Shown here piece after piece: positions 56,125 through 64,000 of a stretch of 64,000 nt of DNA. A program made the translations under genes and the position numbers. Below the pieces are notes generated by a model. It was not told where the DNA came from. It saw only the letters and a program-made list of their open reading frames with translations, and ran no database searches. Where the stretch lies: contig CAVUAG010000016.1 of assembly GCA_963739365.1 (NCBI GenBank), positions 160,240 to 224,239 of the forward strand, in the 5' to 3' direction. Source of the stretch: an uncultured Chloroflexia bacterium. GTDB taxonomy: Bacteria; Chloroflexota; Limnocylindria; Limnocylindrales; CSP1-4. Each line of letters starts with the position of its first letter. The stretch's first letter is position 1.

Positions 56125-56204
56125 GATACCACGCAGTATGCATATACTGGCGAGAATGTCAAGACGGCGTAGCATCTTGATACCGTGTGGTATCGTGGCT
56201 GTTC
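56125..56204. promoter_or_regulatory. divergent ABC / TetR control region with palindromic operators
   Basis: CAGTATgcatATACTG 56134-56149. GATACCgtgtGGTATC 56179-56194, plus a GATACC half-site at 56125-56130. Minus-strand TTGACA (rc of 56157-56162), then 16 nt, then CATACT. Plus-strand TATCGT 56191-56196, then 8 nt, then GTG 56205. Confidence 0.6.
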
Positions 56205-56840
56205 GTGGACACCACCTCGCGCCCCGTGCGCCTCACGCGCGACGAGCGCCGCGCCCAGACCCGGGAGCGTCTCATCGACGCCGCGGCCGACGTGTTCAAC
56301 CGGCTGGGCTATCACGGGGCCTCGCTCGAGGCCGTCGCCGAGGCGGCCGGGTACACGAAGGGTGCGGTCTACTCCAACTTCGCGTCCAAGGCCGATCTCT
56401 TCGTGGCCCTGGCAGAGCGCCGGAGCGTTGCAGCGAACGTCGACGCGACGCGCGAGCAGCTCGCGGCGACCCCCCTCGCCGAGTTCGTCGACGGCATGGG
56501 GGAGATGCTCCGGGCCCAGGCGGCCCACGAGGAGGCGTGGGACGTCCTGACGATCGAGGTCTGGCTGGCCGCCATGCGTGACCCATCCCTCCGCACGATC
56601 GTCGCCCACGACTACCGCCAGATGCGCGGGGAGTTCGGGCCGCTCATCGCTGCCAAGCTCGACGAAGCAGGGATCGGGACGCCGTTCACCGGCGAGGAGC
56701 TCGGCTGCCTCGTCTCCGCGATCGGGTCCGGGCTCATTCTCCAGCACTACCTCGAGCCCGGCGCGGTTGACCCTGAGATCCTCCCTCGAGCCCTGCGCCA
56801 GCTGCTCGGCCTGCCCCAGCGAGACGAGCCGGGCGAGTAG
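56205..56840 (+). CDS. TetR/AcrR family transcriptional regulator
   Basis: Track ORF 56187..56840. RAQTRERLIDAAADVFNRLGYHGASLEAVAEAAGYTKGAVYSNFASKADLF. The start is set to GTG 56205 from the leaderless geometry; 56187 is possible. Confidence 0.85.
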   Translation: MDTTSRPVRLTRDERRAQTRERLIDAAADVFNRLGYHGASLEAVAEAAGYTKGAVYSNFASKADLFVALAERRSVAANVDATREQLAATPLAEFVDGMGEMLRAQAAHEEAWDVLTIEVWLAAMRDPSLRTIVAHDYRQMRGEFGPLIAAKLDEAGIGTPFTGEELGCLVSAIGSGLILQHYLEPGAVDPEILPRALRQLLGLPQRDEPGE

Positions 56841-57160
56841 GGCGCCGGCCTCCGCCCGGCAGGCACCTCCGGCGCCGCCTCCGGCACGGATCGCCCCGCC
56901 CGGCGACCCCGCCCCAGCGCCGCGGTCCTTCAGGGCACCCCGTCGCTGACGGCACCCCAAGGTCGCATGGTCCGGCGAGACATGCCGCGTGATTGTCGCC
57001 GCCCGCCTCGGGGGCGCCGCTGCCTGACGTCCTCCGGACATGCCGTGCCCGCCGCCCGGTGCTCACCTGATCTCCGTCACCTGATGCCCGGCGCGAGCCG
57101 TGTCGCCGCCGTCCTGCTCGGGTTCGCCCCGTCAACGCTCGACCGCTAGGATTGGCGACC

Positions 57161-58120
57161 ATGAAGGAGATCCTCGACGGCCTGGAGCAGTTCCTGATCG
57201 AGATGGCGGGCCGCGTGGCGGTCGTGATCCTGGTCACGCTCGTCCTCGTCGGGATCTACCTGGTCGTGGTCTGGGTCATCGGCCACCTCGCCCGGCGCGC
57301 CGCCACGGTGCCGAGGCCCGGCAGCCGCGACGATTCGCCCGAGGACGCCGCGATCCGGGACGCCGTCCGCCGTCGTCGGCTGGACACGCTCGTGCTCGTC
57401 GCGACGCGGGTGGCCAGGGCGACGCTGGTGGCGCTGATCGCGATGACGGCCGTCACGACGCTCGCCCCCGAGGTCATCAGCGGCCTGGGCGCGCTCGGCG
57501 TGGCGCTGGGTGCGGCCGTTGGTGCCGCCCTCGGCTTTGGCGCCCAGCAGCTCGTACGCGACTACCTGAACGGGATCCTCATCCTCGGTGAGAACCCGTT
57601 CAGCGTGGGCGACGTCGTCGTCATCGCCGGGATCCGCGGGACCGTCGAGGAGGTCGGCCTGCGCCGCACGATCGTCCGCGACGCCGACGGCGTCGTCCAC
57701 TCGGTTCCCAACGGCGAGATCCTCGTCGCCTCGAACTTCACGCGCACCTACGCTCGCCTCAACGAGCGGTTTGCCGTGGCGGCCGGCACCGACATCACCC
57801 GCGCGACCGCGGCCCTGGCCGAGGCATGCGCGGCATTCGCGGCATCGGACGAGTGGAGCGACCGGTTCATCGAGCCGCCGCGCGTCGTCCGAGTCGACGC
57901 CGCGGCCGCCGGGGAGGCCGGCATCCCGATCCTCGTCTCCGCAACCGTCCGTCCCGGCGACCGACTCGAGATGGCCGGCGAGCTCCGGCGTCGCGCGCTC
58001 GACGCCCTCCTGGCCAGCGGGATCGACCTTGCGACCGGGCGCACGTTCGTGGTGTCGCGCGATCCCCGTGCCGACGCGGGGCCTGCAGGCGACGTGGAGG
58101 GTGGCGCCGACTACACGTGA
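57161..58120 (+). CDS. mechanosensitive ion channel (MscS family)
   Basis: Track ORF 57152..58120. TM spans, then GAQQLVRDYLNGILILGENPFSVGDVVVIAGIRGTVEEVGLRRTIVRDADGVVHSVPNGEI. TAGGAT 57147-57152, then 8 nt, then ATG 57161. Confidence 0.88.
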   Translation: MKEILDGLEQFLIEMAGRVAVVILVTLVLVGIYLVVVWVIGHLARRAATVPRPGSRDDSPEDAAIRDAVRRRRLDTLVLVATRVARATLVALIAMTAVTTLAPEVISGLGALGVALGAAVGAALGFGAQQLVRDYLNGILILGENPFSVGDVVVIAGIRGTVEEVGLRRTIVRDADGVVHSVPNGEILVASNFTRTYARLNERFAVAAGTDITRATAALAEACAAFAASDEWSDRFIEPPRVVRVDAAAAGEAGIPILVSATVRPGDRLEMAGELRRRALDALLASGIDLATGRTFVVSRDPRADAGPAGDVEGGADYT

Positions 58121-58219
58121 GCGTGCGCGATGCCCTGGGCCGAAGGTCGTGCGTCCGGCGGCAGCGGCCCCACGGCCTGCGTATGATGCGGCCATCCCGC
58201 GGAGCCACGGAGGAGCCCG

Positions 58220-58467
58220 GCGTGCAGCCCAACACGACGACGCCCCAGCCCGAGATCGGGCGCCTGCTCGTCGAGCAGCGGATGTTCAAGCGGCCCTGGC
58301 CCACCCTGCTGCTCGGCGTCCAGGGCGACGCGAAGCGGCATCGCGAGACGTGCTGGAGCCGCGTCCCCGGGCTCTGCTTCGCGGGTGCCGGCGCCGTGCG
58401 CGACGGGGACGCCGTCGCCTCGGTGGTCGAGACGATCCGGGACAACTCCGGCACGGAGGGGGTCTAG
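58220..58467 (+). CDS. hypothetical 82-aa protein
   Basis: GGAGGAG, then 6 nt, then GTG 58220: VQPNTTTPQPEIGRLLVEQRMFKRPWPTLLLGVQGDAKRH... This is the tail of track ORF 57826..58467. Weak support. Confidence 0.3.
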
Positions 58468-58470
58468 CAG

Positions 58471-59103
58471 ATGCCCTTCGGACTTCGTCGTCGCGGCGTC
58501 CCGAAGCCCGCGCCCGCCCCTGCCCGGGCCTCCGACCACACCGGCTCGGGGCGTCGCGGCATTCCCTTCGACGGCCTGACCGAGGAGTGGCGGCTGGTCG
58601 GCCGCATGGAGGTCGAGGGACGGCTCTCGGACGCCCTGAACCGACGCGAGTCGATCGCGATCAGCGAGGTGCGCTGGGCTCCCCTCGACGGGTCGGAGGA
58701 GATGACGCCTGCGCCGGGCCTCGAGCGGGTCGACCCGTTCGACCTCATCGCCGTCTTCGCGGGGGTCGGCACGCTGCCGGCGCTCAGCGACGCCGAGCGC
58801 GCCGCCCACAAGCTCCACAAGGTGCCCTATGACGTGGCCCTCGAGGTGACGCCGATCCACGTCGTCGGGACCATCTACCTCTTCCCGGGATCGGAGCCGG
58901 ACAGGTTGCTGGACCGCAGCACCGAGCTGTTCGTGCCCGTCACCGACGCCGTGGCGCTGCTGGGGAACCAGCCTCTCAACGATCCCGACGTGGACGTGGT
59001 CCTCGTCAACCGGTCCTACCTGCGCGGCGTCACCCAGGTCGACCGGCGGACCGTGGACGCAGCGCGGGCGCTCCTGGGGATCCCGTCCAGGGAGGCGGAC
59101 TGA
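58471..59103 (+). CDS. hypothetical protein (210 aa)
   Basis: Track ORF 58471..59103, with ordinary globular composition (WRLVGRMEVEGRLSDALNRRESIAISEVRWAPLDG...VVGTIYLFPGSEPDRLLD...VLVNRSYLRGVTQVD). No family recognised. Confidence 0.55.
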   Translation: MPFGLRRRGVPKPAPAPARASDHTGSGRRGIPFDGLTEEWRLVGRMEVEGRLSDALNRRESIAISEVRWAPLDGSEEMTPAPGLERVDPFDLIAVFAGVGTLPALSDAERAAHKLHKVPYDVALEVTPIHVVGTIYLFPGSEPDRLLDRSTELFVPVTDAVALLGNQPLNDPDVDVVLVNRSYLRGVTQVDRRTVDAARALLGIPSREAD

Positions 59104-59106
59104 CCG

Positions 59107-60345
59107 TCAGGTTCCCACCGATTCCCGGAGACGGCCGAAGAGGGACACGAGCGGGACGCGCGGCGTGCTGGACGGCGTGGCGACGGGCGCACCGACGACT
59201 CGCTCGGCGAGAACCCGGAAGTCCTCACTTACCTTTTCCTTCGGGAACATGTCGATGACCGTGCGCCCCTCATTGGCGGCCTTCACGAGCTGGAGCCCCG
59301 CCGAGCGGATGAGGGCGAGTGACGGCATCCCGATGGTGCGCTCCATGTCGGCGACGGAGACGCCGCTGTTGGCGCGATTGATCACCATCGAGAGCTTCTC
59401 GCCGAAGCCCAGCTCGGCTGCGACGTCGCGGAGCTGGACGGCAGCCCGTAGGGCGGGCACGTCGGGGGTCACCGGGACCAGGATCCTGTCGGCGCGCTCG
59501 AAGATGGCGCGGTTGAGCGGCTCATAGTCGGGGTGCAGGTCCACGACGACGACGTCGTGCGTGCGCCGTCCGGAATCGACGGCCGCCGCGACGTGGGCCG
59601 GGTCGAGGAGGGCCGTCCGCAGCGGGCTCGAGGCCAGGACCATGACATGCAGTCCCGATGGGTGCGCCGAGAGGAGGTCGTCGAGCGTTCCGGGGGGCGG
59701 AGCGCCCGCATCGTGCGCGTCGACGACTTCGTCGACGAGGGTGCGTACGTGCTCCAGGCCAAGCGAGCTCGCGATGTGCCCGGTCACCGTGTCGGCATCA
59801 ACGAGGAGGACGCGACGGCCCATGGCCGTGAGGGACGCGGCCAGGTTGACCGCGACCGTTGTCTTGCCGACGCCGCCCTTCGGGTTGAAGACCGCGATGA
59901 GCGTCCCGTTGCGATGCCAGTCGTCCAGGCTCACGGGCCCGGACTGGAGGACGGCTCCACTGCCGTCGTCCACGGCCAGGCGCCGGATCATCATCGCCTC
60001 GACCCGCCAGCGGAGAGACTCCGGTGAGTAGGGTCGGGTGAAGTACTCGTCGCGCACGCCGGCCAGGCTGGCGTTGATGCGCTCGAGCGTCCGCGCAGAC
60101 AGGACCATGAGGGCTGGAATGTCCCGCCCGCCTTCCCGAAGAAGGTCGTAGTACTCGAGCGAGGTATCGAAGTCGGTCTCGCCGTCGAGGATGGCAAGGG
60201 CGATGTGGCGACCCGCCGCGAGCTGAGCTGCGAGGTCGTCCGGCCGCTGGACCACGACCGGATCGAGGTCCGCCTCGCGCAGGGCGTCGGCTACCGGGCC
60301 GCGCTCGTCGCGGGGCAAGGCGATCGCGATCGTGGGACGAGCCAT
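59107..60345 (-). CDS. receiver-like domain fused to a ParA/MinD/CpaE-type ATPase
   Basis: Track ORF 59107..60345(-): IAVFNPKGGVGKTTVAVNLAASL (deviant Walker A), VLLVDADTVTG, VVVVDLHPD. N-terminal CheY-like fold text. Confidence 0.8.
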   Translation of the reverse strand: MARPTIAIALPRDERGPVADALREADLDPVVVQRPDDLAAQLAAGRHIALAILDGETDFDTSLEYYDLLREGGRDIPALMVLSARTLERINASLAGVRDEYFTRPYSPESLRWRVEAMMIRRLAVDDGSGAVLQSGPVSLDDWHRNGTLIAVFNPKGGVGKTTVAVNLAASLTAMGRRVLLVDADTVTGHIASSLGLEHVRTLVDEVVDAHDAGAPPPGTLDDLLSAHPSGLHVMVLASSPLRTALLDPAHVAAAVDSGRRTHDVVVVDLHPDYEPLNRAIFERADRILVPVTPDVPALRAAVQLRDVAAELGFGEKLSMVINRANSGVSVADMERTIGMPSLALIRSAGLQLVKAANEGRTVIDMFPKEKVSEDFRVLAERVVGAPVATPSSTPRVPLVSLFGRLRESVGT

Positions 60346-60379
60346 CGTTGTTCCTTCCTGGCGCTGGGCCGGAGCCCTG

Positions 60380-61879
60380 TCAGTCCTGGGGATCCTGGGC
60401 GCTGACCTGGATCACGCCATCGCCGCTGCCGGTGATGCGGGCCGCGAAACCGGGGAGCGTCGGGATGAGCTCCCGCAGCGCGGTGGCCGGCTCATGGGTC
60501 ACGGCGAAGACGAACTCGGCATCGGGGCCGGAGGAGACGCCGACGTGGCTCACGCCGGGGAGGCGGCCCATGTGGCGCTTGAAGCTGGCGATGCTGGCCA
60601 CGCTCACGAGGCCGGTCACGATCACCTGCGTGGTCACGGTGGCCTCAGCCGCGCCGTCGAGCTCGCCTGGCACGAGGCCGGAGAGGCGGGCCGCCAGGGC
60701 GTCGCCGCCGATCTCGGGCACGTCCTCGATCTCCGCCGCGGCCATCTCGACGGCCTCGACCTCGGCTGCGGCGAAGTCGGGCGCCAGCCCGAGCATGGCG
60801 AGCCGTGGATCGACCTGATCATCGTGCTGCTCCGCCGCCGGGGCGTCGGGCGCTCCAGCTTCGGTCGTCTCGATCGCGGCAGCGGCCTCTGCGGCTGCCT
60901 GGATCGCGGCCATGGCGGCTTCGTCGTCCACCGAGGCGTTGCCCGCAGCCGGCTCAGGCTCGCTCTCGGTGGCCTCGGCGGTCGCGACACCGGGCTCGGT
61001 GGTGGGCTCGGGCTCCACGGCGATGGACGCGACCGTCTCCACGGTGACCGGATCCGGCACGCCGAGGCCCGGTTCGCTCAGGAGCGCGATCATCGCGTCC
61101 TCGTCGAGGTCGTCGAAGGATGGCGGCTCGGGCAGGTTCGCCGCTCGGGCCGCGAAGACCGCCGGATCGTCCTCGCGGGCGAGCTCGTCGAAGAACTGCC
61201 CCATCTCGGTCTCGAAGGCGGCCAGACGGCCGCGGACCTTCTCGACCTCGTGCTCGACCAGGGCGGCATGCCGCTCGAGCTGACCCTCGAGCTGCTCGCG
61301 TCTCATCCCCACCCGTCGTTCGGTCTCCTCGCGGATGCGGGTGATCTCGGCCTTGGACCACTCCTTGACCGTCGCGACGTCGTCGTCGGCGTGGCGGCGG
61401 AGCTCGGTCGCGCCGGCCGTCGACCGGGCGCGGATCTGCTCGATGACGGCGGTTCCTTCGCCCCGGAACTGCTCGAGCGTCGCGGCGCGCGCCTGCTCGG
61501 CGGCCGCCTGCATCGCTCGCGTCAGGTCGGCGAGGAACTTCGTGGGCCGTCGCTGCGCGGCCCCGGAAGGCGCTCCGAGGTCGGGGGTTCCGGCGTCCTC
61601 GTACCCAGGCGCCGGGGGACCGGCCTGTGCGTGGGCGGGCGCCGTGTCGGGCGCAAGGATTGTCACGGGTGCATCCTCCTGACCCTGGACGCCGTCCCCG
61701 GCCGCATCCTGGGGGCTTGCTTCGCCTGGTTCCTGTGCGGTCGGCGCGTCATCAGCGCCATCGGAAGACGGCACGTCGGCGGCGAGCTCCTCGGCGGTCT
61801 CGGCCGACGCCTCGCGGGACGCCGTGCGATCCGTGCTCCACGGAAGCCGGAATCCGTTACGGGTATCGGTGGTTGCCAT
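60380..61879 (-). CDS. acidic coiled-coil protein with conserved-looking C-terminal domain, unknown function
   Basis: Within track ORF 60380..62014(-), from MATTDTRNGFRLPWS. Central heptad-like EQIRARSTAGATELRRHADDDVATVKEWSKAEITRIREETERRVGMRREQLEGQLERHAALVEHEVEKVRGRL, a long D/E/A/P region, and the C-terminus VIVTGLVSVASIASFKRHMGRLPGVSHVGVSSGPDAEFVFAV. Confidence 0.6.
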   Translation of the reverse strand: MATTDTRNGFRLPWSTDRTASREASAETAEELAADVPSSDGADDAPTAQEPGEASPQDAAGDGVQGQEDAPVTILAPDTAPAHAQAGPPAPGYEDAGTPDLGAPSGAAQRRPTKFLADLTRAMQAAAEQARAATLEQFRGEGTAVIEQIRARSTAGATELRRHADDDVATVKEWSKAEITRIREETERRVGMRREQLEGQLERHAALVEHEVEKVRGRLAAFETEMGQFFDELAREDDPAVFAARAANLPEPPSFDDLDEDAMIALLSEPGLGVPDPVTVETVASIAVEPEPTTEPGVATAEATESEPEPAAGNASVDDEAAMAAIQAAAEAAAAIETTEAGAPDAPAAEQHDDQVDPRLAMLGLAPDFAAAEVEAVEMAAAEIEDVPEIGGDALAARLSGLVPGELDGAAEATVTTQVIVTGLVSVASIASFKRHMGRLPGVSHVGVSSGPDAEFVFAVTHEPATALRELIPTLPGFAARITGSGDGVIQVSAQDPQD

Positions 61880-62065
61880 CCTGCTCGTTCCCCTGCTGCG
61901 CGTTCGGCCAGGGCGCCGTCGACGCCTGATGCGGATCCTAGGAGCGGGGAGGGGTGCGGTGGAGTTGACTGGTGGTACCGGCGGGCACCGCCGGTGGTAC
62001 CGGCGGAGTCCCATTGGTGTCGGCCAGCAACGGCTCGGTGCGCGACGTCACCGGGCGGTCACGAC

Positions 62066-62079
62066 TACCATGGGCGGCC
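62066..62079 (+). promoter_or_regulatory. -10 element with leaderless geometry for moaA
   Basis: TACCAT 62066-62071, then 8 nt, then ATG 62080. Confidence 0.45.
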
Positions 62080-63195
62080 ATGACTGACCCCCGGTCGACC
62101 GCTCCCGCCCCCGCGCCAGCACCCGCGACACAGGCGCCCACGCCCGCGCCCGCGCCCGGGCACCCGAGTGCGCTCCCGGGGACGCCCGCCCTCCCGCTCG
62201 ACCGGCTCGGGCGGCGGATGCACGACCTGCGCATCTCAGTGACCGACCGCTGCAACTTCCGCTGCGGCTACTGCATGCCGGCCGAGGTCTTCGGGCGCGA
62301 CTATGCGTTCCTGCCGCGGCGCCAGATCCTCACCTACGAGGAGGTTGCCCGGCTCGCCCGGCTCTTCGTGGCGTTCGGCGTCGAGAAGCTCCGGATCACC
62401 GGCGGTGAGCCGACGGTGCGCCACGACCTGCCCGACCTCGTCCGGATGCTTGCCGCGATCGACGGCGTGCGCGACCTCACCCTGACCACGAACGGCTCGG
62501 CTCTTCGGCGTCTCGCCGCGCCGCTCGCGGACGCGGGCCTGCGGCGGATCACCGTGAGCCTGGACTCGCTCGACGACGAGGTCTTCCGTCTAATGAACGG
62601 GGTCGACTTCCCGGTGGGCCGGGTCCTCGAGGGGATCGCCACAGCCGTCCGGGTCGGCCTTGCGCCGGTCAAGGTCAACATGGTCGTCCGCCGGGGCGTG
62701 AACGAGGAGTCGATCATTCCCGTGGCTCGCTGGGCGCGCGAGGAGGGGCTCATCCTGCGCTTCATCGAGTTCATGGACGTGGGCCACACGAACGGCTGGC
62801 GGATGGACGAGGTGGTACCGCAGGCTGAGATCCTGGCCCGGATCGACGCCGAGATGCCGCTCGAGGCCCTGCCGGCCACGTACGCGGGCGAGGTGGCGGG
62901 CCGCTTCCGGTACCGCGACGGCTCGGGCGAGGTGGGGGTCATCGCGTCGGTGACCCAGCCGTTCTGCCGCGCCTGCACCCGCGCCCGCCTGTCCGCGGAG
63001 GGCGAGCTCTACACGTGTCTGTTTGCTGCGAGTGGCACAGACCTCAAGACGCCGCTGCGCGCCGGGGCGACGGATGAGGAGCTCGGCGAGAGGATCCGCG
63101 CCACATGGACGATCCGCACAGATCGCTACTCGGAGCTGCGCGCGGCCGGCACGGCCCAGGGGCCAAGGGTCGAGATGTTCGCGATCGGCGGCTGA
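62080..63195 (+). CDS. moaA: GTP 3',8-cyclase (molybdenum cofactor biosynthesis protein A)
   Basis: Within track ORF 61972..63195: [18 protein letters not shown] (radical-SAM CxxxCxxC)...LRITGGEPT...; C-terminal [21 protein letters not shown] cluster. Confidence 0.93.
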   Translation: MTDPRSTAPAPAPAPATQAPTPAPAPGHPSALPGTPALPLDRLGRRMHDLRISVTDRCNFRCGYCMPAEVFGRDYAFLPRRQILTYEEVARLARLFVAFGVEKLRITGGEPTVRHDLPDLVRMLAAIDGVRDLTLTTNGSALRRLAAPLADAGLRRITVSLDSLDDEVFRLMNGVDFPVGRVLEGIATAVRVGLAPVKVNMVVRRGVNEESIIPVARWAREEGLILRFIEFMDVGHTNGWRMDEVVPQAEILARIDAEMPLEALPATYAGEVAGRFRYRDGSGEVGVIASVTQPFCRACTRARLSAEGELYTCLFAASGTDLKTPLRAGATDEELGERIRATWTIRTDRYSELRAAGTAQGPRVEMFAIGG

Positions 63196-63202
63196 AGCGG
63201 CC

Positions 63203-63808
63203 GTGGCGCTCCCCGTCTCGGCCGCTGTCGCGCCGCTCGGTCGCCGGGTCGTCGCGTTCCTCCTCGACGGCATCATCCTCGTCCCCGTCTGGGTCGTCTA
63301 CGGCGTCGCCCTTGACACCGCCTTCGGCCCGCTCATCGCCCTGGACGCCGGGGGCACGGGGATCGTCGTCGTCGCCATCGACGCCCCGCGCGTGGCCCTC
63401 GAGCTGGCCCTGACTCTCCTCACCGATGCGGCGTACTACGCGGGCTGCTGGGTCCGCTGGGGAATGACGCCCGGCCAGCGGGCCTGCGGCGTGGCCGTCT
63501 GCGCCGCCCCGACCGCCGCCCCGACCGACGGCCCGACGCCGCCCGACCGGCCGCCCGCTCGGGAGCCCGACCCGGACCGGGTGCCGGTCCACGTCGCCAC
63601 CAACCGCTGGGCCGTCCTGCAGCTGCTCCCGATCTGCGCCGGCTCGCTCGGGTCAGCGGGGGCGCTCCCGCTCGGCGTCGTTGCGGCGATCACGGCAGGC
63701 TGGTCTGCCGCCCTCCTCCTCTCCGCCGCGGCCGATCCTTTCCGCCGGGGGCTCCACGATCGGGTGGCCGGCACCGTCGTGGTGCTCGCCGGGCGCCGCA
63801 GGGCCTGA
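63203..63808 (+). CDS. RDD family membrane protein
   Basis: Within track ORF 63023..63808, from GTG 63203: LGRRVVAFLLDGIILVPVWVVYGV...GMTPGQRACGVAV...RGLHDRVAGTVVV. Confidence 0.65.
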   Translation: MALPVSAAVAPLGRRVVAFLLDGIILVPVWVVYGVALDTAFGPLIALDAGGTGIVVVAIDAPRVALELALTLLTDAAYYAGCWVRWGMTPGQRACGVAVCAAPTAAPTDGPTPPDRPPAREPDPDRVPVHVATNRWAVLQLLPICAGSLGSAGALPLGVVAAITAGWSAALLLSAAADPFRRGLHDRVAGTVVVLAGRRRA

Positions 63809-63869
63809 CGCCGCAAATGGGAGCTGACCCGTGCCCGGCCTGCCGCGGGCGACCGGGTGCGTCCCGCGG

Positions 63870-63958
63870 TTGTCCACGGGTTCTCCACACCGTGCCGAAA
63901 CCCGTGGATGCCGGGGCGGGGCTGGCCGGCTCATTCGTGGACAACCCGGTTGTCACCG
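63870..63958. promoter_or_regulatory. cluster of DnaA-box-like 9-mers
   Basis: TTGTCCACG 63870-63878. TTCTCCACA 63881-63889. CGTGGACAA 63936-63944 (rc TTGTCCACG). Weaker: TTGTCACCG 63950-63958. Compare the high-GC DnaA-box consensus TTGTCCACA. Confidence 0.45.
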
Positions 63959-64000
63959 CCCGGAGACGCGGCGATGATCTGTCGTGCCCGGAGGGGCCGC

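Noticed and set aside
58220-58467. The 82-aa ORF as a remnant of a protoporphyrinogen or amine oxidase C-terminus (PGLCFAGAGAV...)
   Set aside because: The resemblance rests on one short Gly-rich segment, which is too weak to call. I kept it only as a low-confidence hypothetical.
61880-62079. Moco riboswitch upstream of moaA, suggested by the duplicated GGTGGTACCGGCGG and the hairpin at 61969-62005
   Set aside because: TACCAT lies 8 nt before the ATG, which points to a leaderless mRNA. I could not recognise Moco-motif conserved blocks. The repeats may serve the divergent coiled-coil gene instead. A cmsearch with RF01055 would settle it.
1-64000. CRISPR arrays, tRNA or rRNA genes, transposases, integrases or phage structural genes
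   Set aside because: I saw no regularly spaced identical repeats with unique spacers and no T-loop/anticodon-arm architectures in the intergenic regions. No DDE, tyrosine or serine recombinase motifs appear in any credible ORF. The tandem repeats present (24 bp x3.75, ~280 bp x2, ~656 bp x2) are not CRISPR-like.

Overview
Very GC-rich bacterial chromosomal segment (about 70% GC by eye, not computed). I saw no rRNA, tRNA or CRISPR array. In this base composition most long ORFs in the supplied track are antisense or off-frame artefacts rich in Arg, Pro, Gly and Ala. I therefore called genes only where I could read a recognisable protein. Three real genes at the left edge (glgC, surE, an AI-2E permease) are missing from the track because their frames never close inside the window.

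Gene content, left to right:
- glgC, surE, AI-2E permease and trpS on the minus strand.
- hom-thrC-thrB.
- A dienelactone hydrolase.
- An 11.7 kb co-directional, translationally coupled supercluster: lysC-birA-ECF sigma/anti-sigma-accD-accA-(BCCP-like)accC-fabZ-metallophosphoesterase-fabF-accB-fabH.
- A wHTH-MNT/HEPN toxin-antitoxin pair wedged between fabH and fabG.
- An accessory stretch: HTH-nuclease-fold protein, ECF sigma, HigBA-like TA, zf-HC2 anti-sigma.
- Three large secreted Ig-repeat surface proteins plus a lipoprotein esterase.
- TA gene debris and a DUF234-type ATPase.
- Three GGDEF genes, one of them a tandem domain duplicate.
- A second HTH-nuclease-fold gene bracketed by long-hairpin repeats.
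- PolX, a membrane protein, and a TPR protein followed by an unassigned 940-aa protein.
- Two DUF885 paralogs, an ABC-2 exporter with its TetR regulator, and MscS.
- A CpaE/ParA-like receiver-ATPase with a coiled-coil partner.
- moaA, an RDD protein, and a DnaA-box-like cluster at the right edge.

Main second-look items:
1. A five-copy family of 130-150 nt hairpin repeats. One locus has a REP/RAYT-like layout around an HTH-PD-(D/E)xK-like gene.
2. The TPR plus 940-aa gene pair.
3. Strongly clustered, mostly +1 frameshifts in hom, fabF, accB, fabH, fabG, the surface-protein block and one GGDEF gene. 6-18 kb looks clean, and 40-64 kb does too apart from a possible early shift in polX.
4. A biotin-less BCCP-like domain in frame with accC.
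5. Pervasive leaderless promoter geometry.

All coordinates for frameshifts and for 5' and 3' ends are hand-derived and approximate (about +/-10 nt). No database search or computation was possible.
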